Position numbers and translations under genes: made by a program. The notes below the pieces were generated by a model. That model did no database searches. It was not told the origin of the DNA and worked only from the letters and a program-made list of their open reading frames with translations. A stretch of DNA of 60,846 nt, counting the filler, from Sluysia triapertura (Eukaryota): the NCBI GenBank assembly GCA_046118255.1. It is 4 parts of 4 records of this genome, joined end to end, with 100 filler letters (N's around TTAATTAATTAA, not from the genome) between each part and the next. Parts side by side here need not be neighbours in the genome. Positions count along the whole stretch, not along the records: positions 15,010 to 31,419 come from JBJNIA010204484.1; positions 31,520 to 46,770 come from JBJNIA010233563.1; 2 more parts are not named here. One strand, 5' to 3'. Below, piece after piece: positions 25,056 to 39,809 of the stretch (positions are counted from its first letter, which is position 1; each line of letters opens with the position of its first letter).

Positions 25056-27450
25056 AGACTTGTTCTCTCCTTATATATAAATTTCACTGGCTTTGGTCAG
25101 ACCATTCTTTAAAATAAATTTTAATTTATAAAAACAAAATTGTATAAATATAAAATTTAATAGATATAATTACAAAAATTAATATTCAGAATTTAATATT
25201 TACAAAATAAAAAAATATATACAAACATTTAAAAAATAAAACCTACTTTTGATAAAAATGGTTATTTGAAATAATTGTCCAAAAAAATTTTTTTAATCAT
25301 TTTATTTTAATAATTAATATTAAAAGTTTCAATAATTATAAATATTAAAAGTTTTATAAGTCATCAATAAATCAAAGTCTAATAAATAGATGATTCACAT
25401 TAAAATGTAATAAATCAAAGATGATTCACAATACGCTCTTTTAGCCTTTAATTCACGTGAATTCAAATTTAAAATTTTAACTAGTCTTTTTGTTTTATTT
25501 TTTAAAGACGGTACAGCTAGGAATTTTATTATAATTAATAAACTTAATGTTACTCGATGTACATAGTGTCGGATATGTAGTTACACGTTTCACAATTGTT
25601 GTCAAATGTGCAACGGACTTTACACATTTTGCTCTATAACTATTTTTCTGAAACTTTCGAACAAAGAAACAAGGAAATTCAGTAAATAATACATTTTTAT
25701 TTACACTTTTAAATTATCATAATGTCTTAGACTATCTTGCAAATTAAGCAGTTTGCTGCATACACCTGATTTATATACAATTTTAAAGTATTACAAAAAA
25801 ATAAAATTAAAATTAAAAATAAATTATACTAAAAATAACAAAATAAAATTAGGACCATATTGTGTTATGAAAGTAATCACGCATTCAAACAAAAAGAATG
25901 TGTGATTTATTAATTAATGTAATTTTTTAATTAACGTGTAATTTTTAATTAAAATATAATTTTTATTTTTAATTAATATCTAATTTTAATTAAAAAGTAA
26001 TTTTTAACAAAAACACAAATTTATTCCTAATGGTTCCGTACTTAAAATTGTACATCAGTAAAAATAAAAATAAATAAATAAAAATGATAACTGATAATGG
26101 CAGTGATGGGGACTCATACAGCATAATATTGACGTATTTGGTTATTACAATTTGATATGATTTGATTTGATTTGATTTTAATTACAAGATTTTGTGGTTT
26201 GAAGTTTTATAATTCATGAATTGTGTGGAGTGCAGTGAATTAATAATTTGTGGCGTTTATTTGGTGTAATATAATTGCTGGTAAATTTAACGGGTAATAA
26301 CTTAAATATTTTAGTGTAGGATTTTTGTATTGCGTAAGTTGAAGTAGTGATATGTAGAAAATATTTTATATGTAATTATGTATGGCTTGAATTATGAGTT
26401 GTGCGAATTTATGTACGAGAAAGACGATGGGATTATAGTGCGTGGTTGAAACACTACATCATCCATAACAATTTGGACCAAAAGATTTTAGAAACTATTT
26501 CTTTGCTGTAAAATTATTTGGAACCCAAACTCTACATGATATCATTAAAAGATGTAAAAGAATTTTGTAACTGTTTCTAAGTATTTTTACTTAAATGTCT
26601 TGAATTGGTTAAAAGTATCATTTCTAAAGGTCATCTATGTTTAACTTTTAAGACTTAATTTTCTTTTTCAATTGTTCTAAAACTTGTTGAATTTGGATGC
26701 TTTTACAAGTTTATTATAGCTTTCAGTGGATTTAGGATTAGTGTTATCTTCGAATGTGAACTTAACATAAAACATTTAAAATAAAAAAATTTAAATCTAC
26801 TTTTATGTACTTTTTTACGAAATATAAATAATTATCGAACTGTGATGATAACAATCATTTATTATTTTAATATGTTTTTGTGTCAAATTGCTTATTATTG
26901 AAGAATAGTAATTGTAATAATAAATATTTAAAGTTAGTTCAATAAAGTACATTATTTAAATACTTAATTACATCGATTGATGTGTAATCTCTAATAATAG
27001 TACAGTATGTGCAAACAATATAAAGTACAATAATAACTATAACAATGCAGTAGTGTGTGTATGATTAGGATAGAAAAATATTAAAATAAGACATTTTTAA
27101 CAGTGGAAATATTAAAATATTTAAATTGTGCTGTATTTTGTTCTTCATCTAAATTATTAAATAAACAAAAATATTTGCATATTATTTATTTATTTATTTA
27201 TTTATTTAACATTTTATATAATATGTAAATATAATTACAACGAAAATATTTAATATTTCTGATAAAAGTTGTTTCAGGATATTATTAAAAATTTTATATT
27301 TATATTTAAGAAATTCTTAGAATTAATATACAATTCAAAAATTTATGGTTTTCATGTTCTTAAAATTAAAAGAAACATTTTATTTTTAAAACATCAATAT
27401 AACATCTTTATATTAGTATTGATTTATATTAATCTTTTCCACTTCTCAAA

Positions 27451-27675
27451 TTGTCAAGAACACATGTATTGAAATTCTCAGAAATATGTATATCTATTGA
27501 AAGTATTGATAAATTAAACAGATATAATTTGATAGGTTTAAATTTTAAAACGTTATTCGAAATGCTGAACGAAAATAGGTGTCATAACGACTTCGGAACT
27601 GTAATTAAATATAATTTTGAAATATTCTGCGAAATGGCTTTTGCAGATGATTCAATTCAAGATTTTCTGAACTGA
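27451..27675 (+). mobile_element. Non-LTR RT remnant
   Basis: ...IFCEMAFADD resembles the LAFADD catalytic motif. Confidence 0.45.
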
Positions 27676-28349
27676 TACCATTTGGTCGCTTATTCTACGT
27701 GTATAGTAAATATACGATAGAGTATTCTAACATAGGGTGCAATAAAGTTATGACACGCACGATCCAATCGAGTTAGTTAGTATTAATGAAGGTATAAGTA
27801 AAGTTGTAAAGATTATTCATTAATAATAAAATCTCTTTTCAAAATTATCTAAAATTTAATTACACCAGAAAACTGCATTAAAAAAAAATAAATTATTGCA
27901 AAAAAATTATATTGTAGAAACATAGTATGTAAATTAAAAATTAAGTCAAAAAGTAATAACGTAGTAATAAACAACAAGTGAATAAAATAATAGTAATTAA
28001 AATTAACAGAGAAAAATAATAACATAAAATAATAACAAACTATAGTGTATATGAAATAATATCAAATCGGTAATTTTATTATATATTACTGTATTACAAA
28101 AATTAGAAAATGTCATTATTATGGAAAAAATAAAGTATAAATAGATGGGTTTCAGTTTTCAATTTGCAATTATTATTTGAAGAATATTTGTTAAAGAAGA
28201 AGAAGTTAGTCATTGAAGATATTCAGCTGTTGTTCGAGTTAAAGGTATTTGTTATATTCGAGTCAAGGTATTTGAATAATTGATATTTTACAATTTAAAA
28301 TACATTAATATTTAACTGTGAAATTTCATCAGAATAACATTTAAAGTAA

Positions 28350-28662
28350 TTAACCGTTTGAGTGCGGGAGAATTTTCTTATGCATATGATAAAAGTCCGG
28401 GATGAAATGCGTAGTATTTTTTGGAGGGAAACAATGAAAATGGTTATAATTAACACTAATTGTTATGTAACAAGTAATTTTGATCAAAAAAAATAAAAAA
28501 TAAAAACTACAACTGCTCTCAATAAATGCCTAAAGTATACTAACCAACAACAGCATCTTCGTATTATCGATACAAAACAAGAAAAGCGCTATCGTGCTGT
28601 GCCGTTTTTTTGGTATACGACAAGTGAAGCGCGATAGCGCTTCGCCGGACTCAAACGATTAA
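28350..28662. mobile_element. piggyBac-type MITE
   Basis: TTAA-CCGTTTGAGTGCGG ... CCGGACTCAAACGA-TTAA (12/14 TIR match, TTAA on both sides); subterminal near-palindromes GAAGCGCGATAGCGCTTC and AAGCGCTATCGTGCT. Confidence 0.85.
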
Positions 28663-30279
28663 AGTGTTAAATTTAAACCTAATTTTAAAAGAAGTTTATA
28701 AGCACCCAAAATATAACTGCGTGTGGTATATATAATTCTGTATATAATTCGAATTGTTCTGTGCACCTTGTATTTGTTACTTACATTTGATAAATAAACT
28801 TTTCGTGAGTTTAGTTTATATTATTTAATTTTAAAGAGAAGAGCTTGAATTTAACGTTAATCAAACAAAACTGCACTTCTACCTCTTACGCCAGAGACGA
28901 GTGAACAGTAACCTCTAGATATTCTTATCAGTGTTAGAATAATCATCTTAAACTGAAGTTACAAGTCATTAACAAAGACATAAGATCATAAATCTATTCC
29001 ATTTTTATTTTAACAGTGTATATGTACTTTTAAAAGACTGCAATTTATCAAAATTCAAGCTTATAGTTATAGAAATCATACAGTTTAATGGAATCTATTG
29101 TACATCTCGATAAACCGCTCGATGAAGATTTTAGAGTTTTAAAAGTTCTAATTACCATTTTGTTGTCTAAATTTTTATTTTATTGTTGTATATTCAATAA
29201 ATTCTCGGCATATTTGTATTTCTTTTATTTTTATTTTGGAGGTAGACGTTTTATATTAAAGAATGTACTGACCTTAAATCAGATTGATATGTTCAAGTGC
29301 CTTGAGCACTATATTAATAATGTTTTTAATTAGCATTATAACATTCTTAATTCCAACATAAATGTAGTCGCTTGCAATAAACGTTTTAATAAACCACGCA
29401 CAAAAATCACAATGTGTTGAGAAATATATGCAGTAATAAATCAACAAAGAAATGGTTTCTTTCCGAAGCTCACAAAAATGAACAACATATCAAACGCATT
29501 TCGAGCAACAAATAATTTTCTGAGTCAAGAAATGTAAACCATGTCTTAATATAATAATGGTAATGAATTAATTTATACATCCATTATGGCTTCTGATCCA
29601 TAATAATTAATAATAAGTAATAAAATAATCGATCCATTTAATAATTTGTAAATGTTCTATTTTAAAATTAATAAATTATCATAATGAATGAAAGCTATTT
29701 AAATCAACCAATCACCAAAAAAGAAAATAAAGCATGAAAACACAACAACAACAATAATAATAATAATTTGTTTTTAACAATATAAATAAAAGTGAGTCCA
29801 ATACAATTATAAAAGCAAGTTTTGAAGCATGGTATCATCAGAATAGAAAGACTAATCTATCTACTTCAATTGCTTAAGACTAAAAGAGCGTTCAAAATTT
29901 CAAGTATTCTGTCAAACAAATTTCCTTTACCGTGACAAGCTAAATTTGCAATTCATCAAATCAATCCCAGCAATATTTAATTATAAATTAAAAACAAAAA
30001 TTGATTGAAAAAACCCATTCACCAAAAGTTTATAATTATGTATCGTCATTAATCATACTGAGAATTTTATTAGTATTATAGATTGTCTCGTGAATAATGT
30101 CCCGCACGATCTTTGAAGTATGACGTCACTACTATTCGTACATAAGTGCATGACTATTACGGCTTATAATATAGATACATCAATCAATTAAACAAGTGAA
30201 GTTCTTTTGAATTTATCTTATTGTTATGTTAGTGTGGTACCAAATTTTTTGTTATTAATAGTGTTCCGCGACATTCAAC

Positions 30280-30780
30280 CTACTGAAGATAACTTTCTAT
30301 GTTTTTATTTTAACTCTTCAATTTATTTAATTTATTTGAATTTTTAAAATTTCAATAAAGTAGAGATTGGAATAATTGTTTGGGTTGATTTAACGTAAAA
30401 GGATTATAGTAGTAAAATGGTATAAAAAATTAGGTGCTCTCACATTAGCAATGTAAAAATGAGAAACATTGGTGTGGAAAGTTTAATGATGGATAATATT
30501 TAGAGCTTAAATTCAAAGTTTCGCACATGTAAATGTCACAAAGACAAACTGCAGCAAATTCAGTTCCAAGTGTTTGAACCTTCAAATTTGAGGTTCGAAT
30601 ATATTTCGCAGTTTAAAATTTGTAGAAAATCAAAGAAAAAGATTTGGTGGAATATATTTAAAGTGTTTAAAATATTGTTACTACAACATGATAGGTTACA
30701 TTTTAAACAATTATTCCTTTTGTTATTTCTTGAAGATATTATATATTATGTTTTTCAAGTTGTACCCCATTTTCAATGCT
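30280..30780 (-). mobile_element. Possible Penelope-like element remnant (linker plus GIY-YIG)
   Basis: FSTNFKLRNIF...FVTFTC...EHL pattern, heavily degraded. Confidence 0.35.
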
Positions 30781-30912
30781 AATAATTGATAATCTTCATT
30801 TTCATACACTTATTTATCTGCTAGAATAAACATTAAATTGTTAAATAAGTATTGATACATAATGGATAAATAATGATTATTTAATGTTACATGTTATTAT
30901 TTGATAATTTAG

Positions 30913-31075
30913 ATAACAACAAACAATTACTTGGAATTGATAAATTTCTTGGAAAAAAATCTTCCGGTGAAACAGAAAGAAGAAGTCGCTAAATGTTTGG
31001 TACATATTCATCAAAGTAATGGAACTATAATAAAATTTCTTAATGATCTCATTGTTGAGGAAATTAATGATACTA
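30913..31075 (+). CDS. RasGAP (SynGAP/DAB2IP/RASAL2 family) internal exon
   Basis: AG|ATA...ACT A|GTTAG; ITTNNYLELINFLEKNLPVKQKEEVAKCLVHIHQSNGTIIKFLNDLIVEEINDT matches the family pattern ITN.Y..L...LE..L..K.KEE.A..LVHI.QS.G....FL.DL...E. Missed by the ORF track. Confidence 0.88.
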
Positions 31076-31147
31076 GTTAGAATTGTTTTATGTTATATTA
31101 CATTTTTTCTCGTGACACAAACTCGTAATTTAATTATTGATCCTTAT

Positions 31148-31419
31148 TTAACGCATTGAATACCACGGGGTCACCGGTGACCGACGAAACCAATATTATT
31201 AGAAATTCATTTTTATTTTTATTTTGTTTAAGTATTTTTAAACGCTTTTCTGTGTTTTGGGAGACTTTGAGGTTTTTCTTATAATAATAAGAAAAATATA
31301 TTAATTTATATTGTGCTGATATCTACCGCGAAAGTACTCAAGAGCGCTTAAGGTAAATCATTCACCATAATATTTCTGAAACAAAAAGAACTTTGCTTTT
31401 TTCTTAAATATTTCATAAT
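31148..31419. mobile_element. piggyBac-like terminus cut off by contig end
   Basis: TTAA-CGCATTGAATACC followed by the perfect palindrome GGTCACCGGTGACC (31169-31182). Confidence 0.55.
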
Positions 31420-31519
31420 NNNNNNNNNNNNNNNNNNNNNNNNNNNNNNNNNNNNNNNNNNNNTTAATTAATTAANNNNNNNNNNNNNNNNNNNNNNNNN
31501 NNNNNNNNNNNNNNNNNNN
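31420..31519. other. Artificial contig-joining spacer
   Basis: N44-TTAATTAATTAA-N44. Confidence 0.97.
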
Positions 31520-34189
31520 GATGGTCATGTTTGTTTTTGAATGAGTTTAATAGTTTGTCCAATAATCTGTGTATATGTGAAGTGTTTTTATGTGATGAAA
31601 TGTGATGGATTTTATGTGATGAATTCCCTACAATTATTTATCTGTTAATTATTGAACATATTATTTGAACATTTATATAAAGCATTAATATTGTGTTATC
31701 CAATTAAAAGAATTACGGATCGACAAAAAAATTAAATATTAAAAGATTTAAAAACATTTCTAAATAAATATTAAATATTATTAATAGTTTTTAAATCTAT
31801 ATTTTAAATATATTAAATTGCATTTTGTTTAAATATGAAGAGGGAAGGTCGGATTTTTAAAAATGGTATAAATACGTGATGACAATTTACAACCAAACGC
31901 AAAGAAAAATTTAAACATAATTTGTTTGATAATTCTGTTTTTCGAAAGCATATACAACGTTTTTGAACAGTTTTTCTGGATTAACGTCAATGTCACGTGT
32001 CATAAAAACAATAATTCTACTTCATCGTTAGTTTATGTTTAGTAAGTTTTAGTAGATTCTTACTACATTGCAAACTACATGTAAAATTTCATTTAATGTT
32101 TTATGGAACCATTTAAAATCATCGTAAAATCTTTTATCGATTGTAAAGTCACTAATCGGTTAAAGTTTTAATTTTTAATTATTTATTTTAACGATCCCTA
32201 ATTATTTAAGCACCAGTACTTGTTAAGAAGTTTTATATTATATTATTGTTAATTCGTAAAATATAATTGTATTTTAATTAAAAAGTAAATTTATTGAATC
32301 GATCCCATTTAAAGTTATAATTAATTAATAATTTAATTAATATTAATTGCCTATTGAATATTAAACCGATTTTTTAAAAGTCTGATTTACAAAACATAAA
32401 TTTTGGATCCTGTTTAAATAGGATCACGTGTGAAATAACCTCGCCAAAGAATAGTTAAAATAACCATATGATTATACAGATATTAAAGAAAATTAATATC
32501 TATAGCGTTATTACTCGAGAGAAAGATTTCTCTTAATCCAATCTCCACATTAAGATTTTCTAAATTATATGGACTAGTCGTAACATACAAGACTAGGATC
32601 GTAGGTGAACTCATATTATATGAAACATTTTATTGATTAAACAATTTTTACAGTAGGATTTTTATCAATAATTAAAAAATTTAACTTAGGTCTAATGCCT
32701 TAACGATTAATAAAAAATATTTTTAGTCTACTCTTTATTAATCAATATTTAACTAAATAACACTATAAACTCTGAAGCTATACTTGACAAAAACTTATTA
32801 GACAAATTATCCGTAAATATAAAATACATAAGCCAAAATATAATAAAACAGGCAATGAGTTTATTTATTAATAAAATATTTTAAAAATTTTAAATTTTAA
32901 TCTTGATTTTATTGATAATTTTTTAAATTACCCAAAGTTAAAATAAATTTTACATGAGATTTAATTACTTAGTTAACCAAACAAAAACCTTCAAATAATC
33001 CAAATACACTGCATGGAAAAACAAAATGTGTTATATTCGTATACGTTTCAAATTAATTAGGTGTGCCTGTAATTCCAATATCCGAATCGATTCTGTTCAG
33101 AATGCTGAAAATGTTAACAAAATAAATTGTGAAAAGTGCTGAATTTATTCTGCATTTTATACTAAGTCATCATCACGCAGTACATCACGCCATTAAAATT
33201 ATAGTTTGAAAATATGTAGGCTTGAAAGCATAGAATTATTATTATTATATAATTATTATTGTATAAATGTTATTGATTTATATGGTTCGGATACTCTTGT
33301 ATGACGTATTTTAAGGTGAAAGTTTTGATGCGAATTGTGCAATATATTTTCATCACGTGAATCTTAAAAAATAGGATTGAATTTAACAAAGTCTGTGTAC
33401 GATTTCAATTAAGTGCCGATCACTCTTATCCGATTCGTAATAGTCGATGACAAAGTTATAGTTATTATAATTGTGCGTGTAATTTGATTGAACTTTAACT
33501 TTTAAATAAAGCAATTAATATTTTTACTAACTTAGTGGTTTCACAAGATTCATTTTACCCTTAACTCGTAATTTCCTTGGAACATTATTGAATAAATAAT
33601 ATTAGGTCTCGAAATAATATAAATCAGATGTGAGTTCCACGATATGCATATCGTAACTGGATACAGTGAGAACGATTGGTCGAAATTGTACGAATTATTT
33701 TGTTACTGCGTGAATAGTTGATTCTACCAAGATTCGTAAAATATATATAGATGAACAAGTAATTTGAATATTGGCTTGCAATAGTTTCAGTAAAATTTTT
33801 AACTTTAAATTTTCTCGCATGTGTTTTTCTACTTATGTTAGATATTTGTGTACATTCTGAACACGTTAACAATTTATTCAAAAAAGGTTTTAATTAGTTT
33901 TTTATTATTTATTGCTTCATTTATCGCAATTTTTATTATCTATTTTATTATTAATAAAGACATTCAAAATATTATTAAAAAACTTTAATTATATTTCAAA
34001 ATATTATTTTTTAAAGTTTACATATTTAACTATTAAGATTATTTTCAAATTTAAAGTTTTAATTATGTTAAATTGGACCACAATGTATCTTAACATTTCG
34101 TACAACTTGGAACTCTGATTTTATTATTTTAAACTTCGGTTAGCACATTCATTTCCCATCCTTTGCCTCTTGGTAATACTTTACACCAG

Positions 34190-34480
34190 AATAATGCTTT
34201 CCGTTTGGTATTTTAACTGTTCGTCTTATCGTTCTTTGAGACATTTCGACGACGTCATTTATGATGGGTCTATAAGCTTTGCACATTTTTTCAAAAACTT
34301 CTCACTTTTAAATGCTGTAGCGTTTTCTACCCAAACTTTTTTGCGCCGTGAGTGATTTTATGAATTGATTTAACTCTCATAAATCTACAAACGCTGTTAG
34401 ATTATTCTCAGTTTCTACAAAGCAATAGAATTCCACCACCGCCTTGAGTCATTTTTGTCAAGTTCTGCACATAATGCATT
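34190..34480 (-). mobile_element. Ty3/gypsy integrase core remnant
   Basis: VWVENATAFKSEKF..C and NDVVEMSQRTIRRTVK correspond to the DN...F.S..F and NG..ER..RT.K integrase motifs. Confidence 0.6.
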
Positions 34481-34850
34481 TTTATCTTTTTTATAATATC
34501 ATATAGTACTTTGGGCAATACTAATAATTCGGATAAAATTTATTTCAAATATTTTACTTGGTGTTTGTTACTTGTAAATTCAATTTTAAACTTCAAAGAA
34601 TTGTTTCTTTGATAGATATTAATTTGTATATGGTATAGCACTTGAACACACATATATTTCGTTGTTTGAGTTATAACTGATATTAAATTTTAGCCTATAA
34701 TTTTTTGTAATGTTTTATATTTGTGAGTATTTTAAGATGTATTTTTCAATAAATTAGTTACTTATAAACATAAATATTTAATTAATAAATTTACACAACT
34801 TTGAATATTTTTTAAATGTTTTTCCGTTTTCAAATTCTTTTCAAATACAG

Positions 34851-35144
34851 ACTATGGACCAAAAGATTGTGGATATGTTTGCAATACAATTACTGAAATT
34901 TGCTAAACAAGGTCTTCGTGTATTAGTAGTTGGCATTCGTGAGATGAAAGAAGCTGAGGTCAATAAAGTGAGGCAGCAAATGGAACAAATAAGAAATGAT
35001 CCTGGTGCTACAGAAGAAATGCGTTTGAAGTTATGTAGTCAAATTGAACAAAATTTAAGATTAGTTGGAGTAACGGCAATAGAAGATAAATTACAAGAAG
35101 ATGTGGCTGATACTATTAAATCATTACGAGAAGCTGGTATTAAA
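34851..35144 (+). CDS. P4-type ATPase (phospholipid flippase, ATP11-like) exon
   Basis: FAKQGLRVLVVG..L.LVGVTAIEDKLQEDVADTIKSLREAGIK; CAG acceptor, GTAAGA donor; 294 bp, phase 0. Confidence 0.95.
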
Positions 35145-36169
35145 GTAAGAGTAGTTTTTAAGATGAATAATTAAAATCACAGTTCAGTCAATAAATACCA
35201 CAACACTTAAAAAGACATTAATCGAATTACTCTCAGTATAAACACATGAATAATAATACTTACCTGTTTTCGCGCATTACGTGCTGAAACAAAGTTGATT
35301 TTTTGAAAAAAATTTAGGCATGCACAATGTCAGATTAAGCTAAATCCATCAAGATGTTCTTTAAAATTAAGTGACTTAATACTTACCATTAGTGTCTTAG
35401 GAAAATCAAACTAGTTATCTCTTGATATTTCATTATGTTTCATTTTCATTATCATCATCAGTGCCTCTCATTTCATCATTTACTATTTCAAGTTCATTGC
35501 CAAAATTTTGATTCAAGTTTGTTGCACACCATTCCAACATATTTCTAAATAGATTATTTAGTTTTATTTTATCTGATTAGGAAAAATAAATTCATGATCA
35601 ATCTTTCCATTAACGTGAATTTTTCCATATTCAAATTGCTTTTCAAAATAATAATAGTAATAATAATAATATTAATAATAACAATATAATATTAATAATA
35701 ATATTAATAATATTAATATTAGTAGTAGTTGTAGTAGTAGTATAAAAATATTTCTTTTATTATTCAACAGATTATCATAATGGTGATAAATTTCAATTTC
35801 TTATATTTCTTATTTTGGATATAACCTTGAAATACTCATATTTTGTTATATTTTGTTAATTCGAATTGTAAGAATTAAGAACTTCAATTTTTATTTTATA
35901 TAAATTTATGAAGGTTTCTCCTGAATTTGTCTCTGGTGGTGGAGATGCAAGTGTAAATTTTGTAAATTTTACATAATTTAAAGTTATAACTAACTCAGCA
36001 AGTATATTTTGTATCAAGTATGTCACTGTGGTGAATCAACTCAGCAGTCTAAATTGTATCACTCTATAATACACAAAACATAACACAACTCTCTAACTAC
36101 ATTACAACCAAATGCCCATAATTTAAAATCATTATAACTTAAAATCTTTACAATAAAAAAATTCAAATT

Positions 36170-36960
36170 ATGTTGAAAATGAAATTTCTATAAAACATTT
36201 TCAACTTCTCTCAATTCTTTATTATAACTCTCTTTCTCATTCACTTTAATAACTCTTTCCCTCAATTTCAATGCCTCGTAACTCTCTAACACCTTCCACA
36301 CAAAACTAAACCTCAACGACAAATACTCTGTCAAGAACAAAGCAATATTTAATTGGAACTGTCCGATGATTCAATTTCAGCACTAACAAAAACAATCTTA
36401 CGTAATACGATCAATTGCAGAAAGTAAATATACTGGCAAAACCATTATTTGGTATGTAATTATAGAATCGTTAGGTCACAATCCTTTTAAAGCAATAACT
36501 AGCCAACAAATTGCGTCGCGCTATGCAAAATATGTCAGTGCCTCTTACAATTATAACACAGATTAAAGAAACTATTCTAAAAAATACTAATGAACATAGA
36601 ACTAGTCGTAATGTTTTACTTCAGAAAGTTTACGAAGGTGTGGAATTGCTGCAAGACAAAATCCTAATATTGTTGATTCAATTTCTCAAAATCAGCTGAT
36701 TTTATCGTACATTATTCACCGACAATCGGATTCGATTTACCATATATGAATTGTATCATGTTAAAATGACTCGACAGTTATTAACACTTATAAGAAGCAA
36801 GGTAATGCAATCATCCTATGAATGGCTCGATTTAATTTGTCAACAATCAAATTTGGGTTTTGAATAATAAATCAATAGAGAAAGAAGAATAGAAACATTA
36901 ATAAAGTCTCGCAAAAATTCTCGTGTTAGAAGAAAATGTAGTCCATCTAGTACCTAGTAT
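36170..36960 (+). pseudogene. Decayed intronless orphan ORF in the flippase intron
   Basis: One frame mostly open (includes ORF 36511-36699 and continues FYRTLFTDNRIRF...); AC-rich leader; start related to the 14250 region. Confidence 0.35.
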
Positions 36961-37460
36961 CCCAATGAAGTTTTTTTTGGATTTTACTGAGTTGAACAAA
37001 GAAAGGGTTTCAACAAGAATTGACTCCAAATCATTTTTATGTTCTATGGATGAGAGTTTAATAGTTTCAAATTATTATGTCAACGAAAGTAATAAATAGG
37101 ATCTAAATACGTTAGGAATTGGAACTAAAAGTCCTGACGATGCCGATAGTTGCTCCATAAGTGAGTCTTTAAAAGCTTCAGTAGCAGATGATGAAAGTAT
37201 CTTAGAGTACAATGTCTAATCATTAGATGGAAATAAAAATTACTGATTTGAATTATATTAAATAATAGAATTTTAAATAACATATCATTTAAAGTCATAG
37301 AAAATAATTAGAATTTTATTTAACAGATTTTGATTTAAATTATTATTTAGCACAATACTTACTATGTAACAGTCTACAACAAGTAACCGTTTGTCGAACT
37401 TATTTCAATAATCACTATTTATTCTATATTAGTTAATCATTATTGATTTAACAGTTAACC

Positions 37461-39138
37461 TACTGTTTCCCAACCTTTTTGTGTTATGCTCCACTTTAAC
37501 CAAAGTTTTTATGTCCCCCTGTGTAACATACATAATATTTAACATTAAAAAATTGATTTGTTCACTTAAGAAACATACATGATGGATCCTAGGAATAAAT
37601 CACTACCAAATTGTTAACAAAACACAGTAAGTAAAATTTAAAAACATAACGAAAAACTGAAATTCAAATTCCAAATAATTTTAATAATGATTTTTCTATA
37701 TTAATTTGTTATTTTAATTTAATGAGATCCTTATGCTTGATGCTTGCTGTAGAGGGATTTTATATTGGGTTCCAGTTTGGTTAGCTTCAGTCTCAAATCC
37801 CCACGTTGTGTTATATCCAGTAAATCATTTACAGCACTAAATCCACTATCAGCCAAAAGTGAAGATGGAAACGGTAGTAATTGTTTTCTTGCGCATTTGG
37901 TTGAGTTTGGGTATTTGATTTCCGTTTCCTCACAAAGCTATGCCATCGCACTTTTTATACTAAGTAAAGTTTTAACTGAGTCATCATTTTGAAATTCGAC
38001 GAGTTCTGCTTGATCCTGCATATTTGATATATCAGACAAATCACTAATATTGGCTGCATCATCCATGTTGGGAAATCAATTTGTTTTAAATCTAAAAATC
38101 TTTCTTTTAAATCGGCCGATAAATTATTCAAACGATTTACCATAACGAGCAAAGCGGTATCAGTTACTTCACATTTTTGGAGCCAGTGGAACTGCTCTAA
38201 GTTTTTGTTAATATGTTTTTGACATAACTCAATATTTGTAATGAAACCAAATATATTCGCTTTTGTATCGACAAGAGTTTTATTTGTTCCTTGAAGCTGC
38301 TTATTTAATATATTTAGTTTTCCAAAGATAATGGCTAAATAACTCATAAAGGCTTTACCATCGATTGTTAATAGATGCTTCATTTCTGGTTTCGCCTTCA
38401 AATGCGCCTCAAGGCGATCTCGTTTCATTGATTCGTTACTCAAGCATTGGTGGCATAAAAGACTAAAAGGAATCTGCTCATCTTGAACAGCAGGTATTGA
38501 AGAGAGTTTTTCTTACTTGCACTACTATAAGAAATAAAAATAAAATCAATAAAAAATAATATTAAAATGTGTTAAAATTAATTCACTGTGACTTAGAGCA
38601 AACGTATACTAAAAATGAATATTTATTTAAATGTATATAACACATTTACCTATATTTTTTCTGTTTGAAAAATTAAAATAAATAAATACTTACCAATTAT
38701 ATCTATATAATAAATATGTATACATAAAAAAACAACGAGCTTCTATTACAGTTTTGACGGACACTTATTTCAGATTAACACTACAGGTGTTGCGATAGGC
38801 CAATTAGGTGCGAACAACTGCGTTGCTTAGCAAATTTCTTGACTAGCCGGGGTTCAGGGCCACCCTCCCGACAGACTGCACACTCTGTGGTAAACCCCGG
38901 ACCAAGTTTATTCGACGACGCCAATCACCCAGTAGATATTTCGGTCTCGTCAAACGAAATTATATCTGATAATTATTTAAGAATTTGTTTTTTTGTTAAA
39001 TTTGGTACCGATATCTAGCATTGCATTTAAATGGCCCGGAGTGAAAGGGTTACAGTTATGTCGAGTCCATTTTCATATTGCGCCCCTGCAGGACGCCCGC
39101 CCCCCTGTGGGACGTGATCCCCAGGTTGGGAAACACTG
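37461..39138 (-). mobile_element. Buster-family hAT transposon (ZBED5/SCAND3-like), internally deleted
   Basis: TIRs TACTGTTTCCCAACCT / AGGTTGGGAAACACTG; 8-bp TSD AGTTAACC/AGTTAACT with central TA; BED finger CHQCLSNESMKRDRLEAH, YLAIIFGKLNILNKQLQG, and C-terminal LLPFPSS..DSGFSAV..RGDLRLKLTKLEPNI. Confidence 0.92.
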
Positions 39139-39809
39139 AGTTAACTAAAATTCAATATTATTCACTTAGCTACTATGTTTATTATTTACGATTTGCGCTG
39201 CCAATAGCTTCACTTTATATAGTTATTTCATCGATATTATATAATTTTTCTTAATTTCTTGTGATTAAGTTTAATTATAGGGACAATTACTTTCTCCATG
39301 CATTATCGAAATAAAATGACCAATTTCATCTACATATAATATTATTTTAGACAATTTATTTATTCATATGCATTCATTTAATAGTCATATGTTTGTATTG
39401 GTCTTAATTACATGATATTTTTTTCATAAATTTGAAGAAAAACAATGATATCTAAAATAAGCTTTCAATATTGAAAAAAATTTCAAGCTAACCCAATTGT
39501 GTACATACAAAATGTGTCTTGTCGATAAGCGTCTTTTAGAATCCTATCGCACTAATATAATTGTATTTTCTTAATATTTTTTCCGTTTAATTTGATATAT
39601 CATTTAATAAATTTTGTTACACAATTAAAATAACTGTCAAAAATTTACAAAGCTATTTAAAAATTCAGAATAACAATACATAATACAAAGAAAAAGGATA
39701 CAGTCGAATGTGGCGGCCAACCTTTTCATTCAAAGTTGAAAATCATTATTTTCATAAAATATCACACTTACTAACATCTTACATATTACTTCCTCAGATC
39801 TATTAAAAC

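Noticed and set aside
29820-29935. Candidate upstream RasGAP C2 exon (FEAWY...LRLK)
   Set aside because: Motifs are in different frames with stops and no convincing splice sites.
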